Of a stretch of DNA of 64,000 nucleotides, positions 56,813 through 64,000 are shown in pieces. Below the pieces are notes generated by a model, which was not told the DNA's origin, did not search any database, and was given only the letters and a program-made list of their open reading frames with translations. Source of the DNA: an uncultured Enterobacterales bacterium (GTDB lineage: Bacteria > Myxococcota_A > UBA796 > CAJQPC01); the NCBI GenBank assembly GCA_964604675.1, contig CAZSAT010000010.1, forward strand, positions 10,771 through 74,770. Reading direction: 5' to 3'. Every line of letters starts with the position of its first letter. Within the stretch, counting starts at the first letter, position 1. The translations under genes and the position numbers were made by a program.

Positions 56813-57361
56813 TCAGCTCGTGCGGCGGAGTGCCGACGTGAGGTCACGCACCCGGGCCTTCAGGGCATCCCGCTCGGCGGTGACCATGGCGATGTGCGCG
56901 CGGAGGTCCTGGTCGCCCGTGCCGTTCCGGGTGGTGGCCAGGGTCTCCTCGGCCTTGCGGGCGCGGCTCTCGGCGTTGGCCCGAGCGTCCTCGGTGGTCT
57001 GGAGGACCTTCTTGAGCTCGGCGAGCTTGCCGCCAACCTTCTCCATGCGGTCGCGGAAGTCCCGGTTGGCGCGGCCCTGCTTGGAGATGACCCGGTGCAG
57101 GTGGCGGAGGCTCTCCTCGGGGTCGTCGATGCCGTCCTCGCTCGGGATCAGCTCGTTGGTCAGGGTGACCAGCTGCTCGCAGATCGCGGTCTGTCGCTCG
57201 AGCATCTGATCGCGGACCTGGGCCTCGTCCTGCCAGGAGTTCAGGGTCTCGCGCAGACGATCCGCCTCTTGCCGAAGCAGGTTCGACTGGTACCAAGCAA
57301 CGCCCGAAGTCAGCAGGATTCCTATGCTGACACCGAGCACAACCCAGGAAAGAGGCGTCAT
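56813..57361 (-). CDS. membrane-anchored coiled-coil protein, hypothetical
   Basis: MTPLSWVVLGVSIGILLTSGVAWY (N-terminal TM), then heptad-like charged sequence (RQEADRLRETLNSWQDEAQVRDQMLERQ...). The track ORF 56813..58096 over-extends. Confidence 0.5.
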   Translation of the reverse strand: MTPLSWVVLGVSIGILLTSGVAWYQSNLLRQEADRLRETLNSWQDEAQVRDQMLERQTAICEQLVTLTNELIPSEDGIDDPEESLRHLHRVISKQGRANRDFRDRMEKVGGKLAELKKVLQTTEDARANAESRARKAEETLATTRNGTGDQDLRAHIAMVTAERDALKARVRDLTSALRRTS

Positions 57362-57572
57362 GCAATCCCTTGTGACGTCTGGTCCACGTCCTCTTGAAGC
57401 TACCACAATCCAGGACGCCTCCGAACAGGGCACGGAACTTGCTATGAACGGGTCGCTCCTCTCCTCCCCGGCCCCAGGTGGACGCTGACACGCCCGGATC
57501 CCACCGATCCGGTCGCCCGACGCCACCTGTCCTTCGCGGACGCGCGTAGCGTGCTTCGCACCGGAGTGTCCG

Positions 57573-60500
57573 ATGCCGTCCTTCACCCTCCTCGTCCGCT
57601 TGCCTGCAGAGCGTGCTGCGCTCTGCGCGGTGGTCACGGCTGCCGGTGGCACGCCCGTGATCGACCTCACCGCCGGGGCGACGGTGCCCGAGGTGCCGGA
57701 AGGCGCCTGGATCCGAGTGCGCGCCGGCCAGCCGGCGCCCGGCACGGGCCCGGTGGTGTTGGTGGGTGGTCGCAAGCCCATCGTGGGCCGCGCCTGCTGG
57801 TTGGAGACCGTGCAGGCGGGCACGACGCCGGAGGGCTTCGAGGGCGTGATCCTCCGCGGTCGCGAGGCCGGCGGTGCCGCGGGGACCGCCGACGGGCTGT
57901 CCCTGCTCGCCGACCACCACGGGCCCGCCATCCTCGACGCGGGCGTCGGCCCGGCCACCACGGCGTCCGCGGCGGCCCTGGGTGCGCGGGGTGTGGTGCT
58001 GTTCGAGCAGGTGCTGGCGTTCGTCGAGCTGGGCCTCCCGGCCGCGCTGCGCGCGCGCCTCGCCAAGGCGGCCGACACCTCGACGCGCGTCGTCAAGGGC
58101 TACCGCCTGTGGGCCTCGCCGCTCGCGCCCGTCGTGCGCAAGCTGGCGGGCGGCGCCGATCCCGATAGCCTCGAGGCCGGGTGGTTCTCGGGCGACCCCG
58201 CGCTGGTGGCGTGGCCGGTCGGCCAGGGGGTCACGCTCAGCGGTGAGCTTGCGCGTCGCCACGAGACCCTCGCGGACTGCCTCCGCGCGTTCCGAGCGGC
58301 TGCGGAGAACTGGTCGGTGCGCGTGGGCGATGCACGCGCCTGGGACGACGTGGATGCACCGCGGGCGCGCACCGCCACGGCGCTGCGCGGTCGCAACGGC
58401 CGGAGCCGTGTCGCGGAGCCTTCGGGTGCCGTGGGCAGCGCGGTGCTCTGGCAGGAGGCGGTGTGGGAGGGCCAGCCGGTGGCGGGCACCCCGCTGATCG
58501 CGGCCATGGCCACGGGCTGTCCGGTGGCGGCGCCCGCCGCGGAGCTGGTGCGTGCCCGCGCCGAGGCCGGCATGCCGGAGGCGGCGCCGCCCGCGCCCAC
58601 ACCCGCCGCCGCGGCGGTGGCCGTCGCCGTGGAGCGCGCCGAGGAGCTGGTCGCGATCGTGGGCCTCGGCTGCCGCCTGCCGGGGGCGAACTCGGTCGAC
58701 GAGTACTGGGACAACGTGCTGGCCGGGCGGAACCTCATCCGCGAGGTGCCCGCGGACCGTTGGGACGCCAGCCTGTACTGGGACAGCGATCGGAACACGC
58801 CGGACAAGACCTACACACGCATCGGTGGCTTCATCACCGACTTCGCCTTCGAGCCGCGGGCGTTCCGCATCCCGCCCAAGGTCGCGCGGGTCGTGGACCC
58901 GGTCCAACAGCTGGCCCTCGCGGCCGTGCACGACGCGCTGCTCGACGCGGGGCTGGGCCCCGACGCCAGCGTCGACCGGAGCCGCATCGCGGTCATCCTC
59001 GGCAACTCGATGGGTGGGGAGATGAAGGACTCCTACGCGCTTCGGGTGCACTTCCCGGCCGTGCGCAAGGCGCTCGGCGCGATCGAGGGCTTCGCGGAGC
59101 TGCCGGCCGCTCAGCAGGCGGCCATCCTCGACACCCTCGAGGCCAAGGTGAAGGCGGATCTGCCGCCGATCACCGAGGACTCGATGCCCGGCGAGCTGTC
59201 CAACGTGATCGCTGGACGGGTGGCCAACGCCTTCGATCTGGGCGGCCCGAACTTCACGACCGATGCGGCGTGCGCCAGCTCCATGGCGGCCCTCCAGTCG
59301 GCCGTGAAGGGCCTCCAGGACCACGACTACGACTACGCGGTCACCGGCGGTGTGGATCGCTCGATGGACCCCGCCACCTACACCAAGTTCTGCAAGATCG
59401 GCGCGCTGTCGCCCGATCATTCGGCACCCTTCGACGCGTCGGCGAACGGCTTCGTGATGGGCGAGGGCGCCGGCATCCTGGTGCTGAAGCGCCTGTCGGA
59501 CGCCGAGGCCGACGGCGACCGCATCTACGCGGTGATCCGCGGCATCGGGGCCAGCTCCGACGGCAAGGGCAAGGGCATCACCGCGCCGAACATCGTGGGC
59601 CAGAAGCGCGCCCTGCGTCGTGCCTACGCCGACGCCGGACTGGACCCGGTCGAGGTCGACCTCGTGGAGTGTCACGGCACCTCCACGGTCGTGGGCGACA
59701 AGGTCGAGGTGGAGGCGCTCAGCGAGGTCGTGGGCGCCGGTCGGCGCGGTGACCGTGGCCCGATCCGCATCGGCAGCGTGAAGTCCCAGATCGGCCACCT
59801 GAAGAGCGCCGCGGGCGCGGCCGCGACCATCAAGATGGCGATGGCCCTGTACACCCGCACCCTCCCGCCGACCATCAACTTCGAGAAGTCGCGCCCCGAC
59901 GTGCCCTTCGACCAGGTCCCCCTCGCCGTGCAGGACACCCGTCAGCCGTGGGTGGCCGATGGCTGGCAGCGTGTGGCCGGCGTGAGCGCGTTCGGCTTCG
60001 GTGGCACGAACTTCCACGTGGTGCTCGCCGAGCACGTCGCTGCCCCCGAGGTGGCTGTGCGCGCCATGCCGGTGCGCGCGGAGGTCGTGGAGCGTCCGCT
60101 GCCCGACGGCATCTGGGCCGTGTCGGCGGCCACCGAGCAGGAGCTCTCGGAGCGCCTCGCGGCGGTGGAGCGTGGCGAGGCCACCCCCTGGGAACCGGCG
60201 CGTCGCTTCCGGCTCGCCGCGGCGGCCGACACGGTCGAGGAGCAGCGTGCCCAGGTCGCGAAGGTGCGGAAGTCGATCGCCAAGAACCGTGGGCACGAGC
60301 TCCTGCGCATGCGCGGCGTGCACCTCGAGGACGAACCCTGCGACGGCCAGCTGGCCTACGTCTTCACGGGCCAGGGAAGCCAGTACATCGGCATGGGTCT
60401 CGACCTCGCCGCGCACTACCCCGTGGTGGCGGCCACCTTCGCGGAGGCCGACCGGGTGATGTCCCAGGAGCTCGGGCGTCCGCTCAGCGACTACATCGCC

Positions 60501-63500
60501 GGTCAGGTGCACGACGACGCCGACGTGTCCTTCGAGGCGCTCCGCGCGACCGAGATCAGTCAGCCCGCGACCCTCACGGTCGACGTCGCCATCCTCCGGC
60601 TGCTCGCCGCGCACGGGGTGATGCCCGACATGGTCGCCGGGCACAGCCTCGGTGAGTACGGCGCTGCGGTAGCCTCCGGCATGATGGACTTCGCCTCGGC
60701 GCTGATGGCGGTGAGCGCCCGCGGCCGCGAGATGGCCAACGTCAAGCTCGACGACTTCGGCAAGATGGCCGGCATCGCCGCAGGCGTCGACGTCGTGCAG
60801 GAGGTGCTCGCGGAGGTCCCCGGCTACGTCGTGGCCGCCAACAAGAACTGCCCCACGCAGACCGTGATCGCCGGAGAGTCCGACGCGGTCGAGGCCGCGA
60901 GCGAGGCCTTCCGCGGGCGGGACATCACGGTCTACCCGTTGCCGGTCTCCCACGCGTTCCACAGCCGCATCGTGGCCCCGGCCAGCGAGCCCCTCCGCCG
61001 GGTCCTGGAGCGGCTGGAGCTGAAGGCGCCGGTCCGTCGGATCACCACCAACGTCACCGCCGACTGGTACCCCACCGGCCCGGACGCCCGCGAGTGGGCC
61101 TTGGACAACCTCGCCGCGCAGGTGGCGAGCCCGGTCGAATGGATCGCCCAGGTGGAGCGCATGTATGCGTCGGGCGCGCGGGTGTTCGTGGAGTGCGGCC
61201 CGAAGCGGGCGCTGACCGGCTTCAACGTGGCCATCCTCAAGCGCCGGCCTCACCGCGCGCTCTACACCAACAACCCGAAGACGGGCGGGGTGCGCTCGTT
61301 CCGTGACAGCCTCGCCGGGCTCCTCGCGCTCGGCTTCCCCGTGAAGGCCCAGCCGGCCACGTCGGTGCCCGACCTCTTCACGATCCCCGAGGCGCGCTTC
61401 GCCACGAGTGAGCAGCTGGTGACCCGGGACACGCCCACCGCCGCGGATCCCGAGGTCGCCCAGGCCCTGATCCAGATGGTGAGCGTGCGCACCGGACTCC
61501 CCGCCGACGAGATCGACCTCGACTGGGAGCTCGAGGCCGACCTCGGCGTCGACACGGTCCGGCAGGCCGAGATGGTGGCCGAGGCGCGGAAGCGCTTCCG
61601 GCTGGCGCGCGAGGCGGGCTTCCTGCTCTCCGACCACCGCACCACGCGGCAGCTGGTCGACTACTTCGCCAGCCGGCTCGGCCGCATGAAGGCCGTGTAC
61701 GACCGCAGCCAGCCGGCCGTCGCGCAGCAACCTCGAGGGGTGGCGGAGCTCCACGCCGAGCAACCGCTCGAGGTCAACACGCCGGTGCTCGCCGGAGCTG
61801 CAGTCAGCGGCTTCCTCGAGTCCGCGGCCCGCAGCGGCCTCGCGGGGCTCGACCCCGAGGCGTTCGCGAGCGCTCTGTTGCCGTCGGTGCAGGGCCTCCT
61901 GTCGGCGTCCTGGGAGGCCTTCCGATCCGCCGAGCGCCCGCCGGCCATCCAGCCGACGGCTGCGCCCACGGCCACGGTCGTCACGACGGCCGCCGCGGAG
62001 CCGGTTCGTGTCGTGTGCACGGGGGTCTCGATGGGCCTTCCCGGCGGGGAAGCGGTCTTCGCCGACGACAACGTGGAGGCGATCCTGCGCGGCGACAACC
62101 GCATCGGGAAGGTCCCCGCCGCCATCCAGGACCGCCTGCTGGACAAGGGCCTGGTCCGCCTGGTGAAGGACGAGGCCGGACAGGGCTCCTTCCTCCCGGT
62201 CAGCGAGCGCGACCAGGTCATCCAGCTCGCCGGCCGCGCCGAGCACTTCGATCTGGTGGCCGACTACGGGGTGGCGGCGAGCTACGCGCGTGCCCTGGAC
62301 CGCACGACGCAGCTGGCCTTCGCGGCAGGCATCGAGGCGCTGCGCGACGCGGGCGTGCCGTTGGTGCGCACCTTCAAGACCACGACCACCGGGAAGCAGG
62401 TCCCGCTGGGCTGGGCGCTCCCCGAGTCCTGGCGTGCGGGCACCGGCATCGTGTTCGCGTCGGCGTTCCCCGGCTACGACTACTTCGCCCGCCACCAAAG
62501 GGAGGATGGGAAGCTCGACGAGGGTCGCTTCGACCGCCGCTTCCTCTTCCAGATCCTGAGCATGGGCCACTCGCAGTTCGCCCAGTTCATCGGCGCCCAG
62601 GGGCCGAACACCCAGGTCAACGCCGCGTGTGCGTCGACCACGCAGGCGATCTCGGTGGCCGAGGACTGGCTGCGCCTGGGCCGCGCCGAGCGCGTGATCG
62701 TGGTCGGTGCCGACGACGTCACGAGCGATCAGCTGCTCGAGTGGATCGGCGCGGGCTTCCTCGCCGCGGGCGCGGCCACCACCGAGGCCGACGTCACGAA
62801 GGCGGCGCTGCCCTTCGACCGCCGCCGTCACGGCATGATCATCGGCATGGGCGCGGTCGGGCTCGTGCTCGAGCGTGGCGCGGACGCGGAAGCGCGCGGG
62901 GTCACGCCCATCGCGGAGCTGATCTGCTCCCGGGTGGCGAACTCGGCGTTCCACGGCACGCGGCTGGACGTCGGCCACATCGCCGGCGAGTTCCGCGCGC
63001 TCATCGGCACGGCCGCCGAGCGCCTGGGCACCACGCCCGAAGCGATGGCGTCGCGCACCATCTTCATGTCCCACGAGACCTACACCCCGGCTCGGGGTGG
63101 CTCGGCGGGCGCGGAGATCGCGGCCCTGCGCGCGGCCTTCGGCGAGGGGGCCGACGAGGTCGTGGTCGCCAACACCAAGGGCTTCACGGGGCACGCCATG
63201 GGCGCGGGCATCGAGGACGCCGTGGTGCTCAAGGCGCTGCAGCACCAGACCGCTCCGCCGATCCCGAACCTGAAGGAGCCGGACCCGGAGCTCGGGAACC
63301 TGCGCCTGTCGCCGGGTGGAGCCTTCGAGCTGGACTACGCCGTGCGCCTCGCAGCGGGCTTCGGTTCCCAGCTCGCGCTGACGGTGTGGAAGGCGATCGG
63401 CAAGGCCGACGACCGCGTGGACGCGCCGCGGCACGCCGCGTGGCTGCGCGAGGTCACCGGCTGGGCCGGCGTGGAGACCTTCGTGCAGGACCGCGCCCTG

Positions 63501-64000
63501 CGCATGCGGGAGGCGGAGGTGGTCGAGGCGCCGGTGGTGGCGGTCCCCGCGGCCGCCGCGGCCGCCGTCGCCGCGCCCGCCGCGCCCGGGAGCGAGGTGC
63601 TCGACGCCCTGCTCGACGTCATCGGCCAGCACACCGGCTACGGGCGCGAAGACCTGGAGCTCGACTACGAGCTCGAGGCGGACCTGGGCATCGACACGGT
63701 GAAGCAGGCGGAGATCTTCGCCGAGGTGCGGGACCGCTTCGGGGTGGCCCGCGACGACGGCTTCCAGCTCGCCGACTACCCGACCATCCGCGCGCTCGCG
63801 GCCTGGCTCACCGAGCAGACGGGTGGCGCGCCGGACGTCGCGGCCCTGGCCCCGGCCCCCGAAACGCCCGCCGCGGCCGCCCCGTCGGCGCTGTCGACAC
63901 CCGAGGCCTCGGACGACCAGGTGCTCGAGGTGCTGCTCGGCGTGATCGGCGAGCACACGGGCTACGACCGGGAGGACCTCGACCTCGACTACGAGCTCGA
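57573..64000 (+). CDS. type I polyketide-synthase-like megasynthase, 5'-partial view (continues past the window end). Layout: unknown N-terminal domain, KS, malonyl-type AT, carrier-like domain, KS2, and at least 2 carrier-like domains
   Basis: Frame 0 from the ATG at 57573 is open to the window end. The ORF track omits it because no stop falls inside the window. KS1 has the Cys-His-His triad in DAACASSMAALQS, ECHGTST and GHLKSAAGAA. The AT motifs are GQGSQ, GHSLGEYGA and HAFHS (malonyl-type). KS2 has AACASTTQAI and TKGFTGHAMGAG. Three carrier-like segments (D(L/Y)ELEADLG(V/I)DTV(R/K)QAE) at about 61.5, 63.7 and 63.95 kb all have Thr (acg) at the expected Ser position. Confidence 0.8.
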   Translation, partial: MPSFTLLVRLPAERAALCAVVTAAGGTPVIDLTAGATVPEVPEGAWIRVRAGQPAPGTGPVVLVGGRKPIVGRACWLETVQAGTTPEGFEGVILRGREAGGAAGTADGLSLLADHHGPAILDAGVGPATTASAAALGARGVVLFEQVLAFVELGLPAALRARLAKAADTSTRVVKGYRLWASPLAPVVRKLAGGADPDSLEAGWFSGDPALVAWPVGQGVTLSGELARRHETLADCLRAFRAAAENWSVRVGDARAWDDVDAPRARTATALRGRNGRSRVAEPSGAVGSAVLWQEAVWEGQPVAGTPLIAAMATGCPVAAPAAELVRARAEAGMPEAAPPAPTPAAAAVAVAVERAEELVAIVGLGCRLPGANSVDEYWDNVLAGRNLIREVPADRWDASLYWDSDRNTPDKTYTRIGGFITDFAFEPRAFRIPPKVARVVDPVQQLALAAVHDALLDAGLGPDASVDRSRIAVILGNSMGGEMKDSYALRVHFPAVRKALGAIEGFAELPAAQQAAILDTLEAKVKADLPPITEDSMPGELSNVIAGRVANAFDLGGPNFTTDAACASSMAALQSAVKGLQDHDYDYAVTGGVDRSMDPATYTKFCKIGALSPDHSAPFDASANGFVMGEGAGILVLKRLSDAEADGDRIYAVIRGIGASSDGKGKGITAPNIVGQKRALRRAYADAGLDPVEVDLVECHGTSTVVGDKVEVEALSEVVGAGRRGDRGPIRIGSVKSQIGHLKSAAGAAATIKMAMALYTRTLPPTINFEKSRPDVPFDQVPLAVQDTRQPWVADGWQRVAGVSAFGFGGTNFHVVLAEHVAAPEVAVRAMPVRAEVVERPLPDGIWAVSAATEQELSERLAAVERGEATPWEPARRFRLAAAADTVEEQRAQVAKVRKSIAKNRGHELLRMRGVHLEDEPCDGQLAYVFTGQGSQYIGMGLDLAAHYPVVAATFAEADRVMSQELGRPLSDYIAGQVHDDADVSFEALRATEISQPATLTVDVAILRLLAAHGVMPDMVAGHSLGEYGAAVASGMMDFASALMAVSARGREMANVKLDDFGKMAGIAAGVDVVQEVLAEVPGYVVAANKNCPTQTVIAGESDAVEAASEAFRGRDITVYPLPVSHAFHSRIVAPASEPLRRVLERLELKAPVRRITTNVTADWYPTGPDAREWALDNLAAQVASPVEWIAQVERMYASGARVFVECGPKRALTGFNVAILKRRPHRALYTNNPKTGGVRSFRDSLAGLLALGFPVKAQPATSVPDLFTIPEARFATSEQLVTRDTPTAADPEVAQALIQMVSVRTGLPADEIDLDWELEADLGVDTVRQAEMVAEARKRFRLAREAGFLLSDHRTTRQLVDYFASRLGRMKAVYDRSQPAVAQQPRGVAELHAEQPLEVNTPVLAGAAVSGFLESAARSGLAGLDPEAFASALLPSVQGLLSASWEAFRSAERPPAIQPTAAPTATVVTTAAAEPVRVVCTGVSMGLPGGEAVFADDNVEAILRGDNRIGKVPAAIQDRLLDKGLVRLVKDEAGQGSFLPVSERDQVIQLAGRAEHFDLVADYGVAASYARALDRTTQLAFAAGIEALRDAGVPLVRTFKTTTTGKQVPLGWALPESWRAGTGIVFASAFPGYDYFARHQREDGKLDEGRFDRRFLFQILSMGHSQFAQFIGAQGPNTQVNAACASTTQAISVAEDWLRLGRAERVIVVGADDVTSDQLLEWIGAGFLAAGAATTEADVTKAALPFDRRRHGMIIGMGAVGLVLERGADAEARGVTPIAELICSRVANSAFHGTRLDVGHIAGEFRALIGTAAERLGTTPEAMASRTIFMSHETYTPARGGSAGAEIAALRAAFGEGADEVVVANTKGFTGHAMGAGIEDAVVLKALQHQTAPPIPNLKEPDPELGNLRLSPGGAFELDYAVRLAAGFGSQLALTVWKAIGKADDRVDAPRHAAWLREVTGWAGVETFVQDRALRMREAEVVEAPVVAVPAAAAAAVAAPAAPGSEVLDALLDVIGQHTGYGREDLELDYELEADLGIDTVKQAEIFAEVRDRFGVARDDGFQLADYPTIRALAAWLTEQTGGAPDVAALAPAPETPAAAAPSALSTPEASDDQVLEVLLGVIGEHTGYDREDLDLDYEL

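Overview
This 64 kb window is very GC-rich (about 70%) and gene-dense, and appears to come from a myxobacterial chromosome. Evidence for that assignment includes a MYXO-CTERM-type tail on an S8 peptidase, a PEGA protein, FG-GAP and MopE-motif lipoproteins and a type I PKS. About 50 protein genes are supported. The first ~29 kb is mostly housekeeping and regulatory genes: a SpoVR-family 3' fragment, a molybdopterin oxidoreductase, a ClpB-like AAA+ protein, lgt, an MTAP-like phosphorylase, gpsA, a Ycf46-like AAA ATPase, a GshB-like ATP-grasp protein, cNMP-binding proteins, a hybrid histidine kinase, an ABC ATPase and selB. From 28 to 54 kb there is a block of secreted or lipoprotein genes with extreme Asp/Cys-rich tandem repeats. 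These include two giant thrombospondin-type-3-like repeat lipoproteins and a MopE-motif repeat lipoprotein. The block also holds two FG-GAP proteins, the S8 protease and a candidate outer-membrane barrel, with aspS, an SPFH/zinc-ribbon operon and an asparaginase interspersed. The last 10 kb carries two translationally coupled HAL/PAL (MIO-enzyme) family genes, the second apparently catalytically dead, followed by the 5' part (more than 6.4 kb) of a type I PKS-like megasynthase. Its carrier-domain motifs consistently carry Thr in place of the phosphopantetheinyl Ser. No tRNA, rRNA, CRISPR or transposase/integrase genes were recognised. Many very long ORFs in the six-frame track are high-GC antisense or alternate-frame artefacts. 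Start codons and product families were assigned by eye from motifs, so exact starts and family names are provisional.
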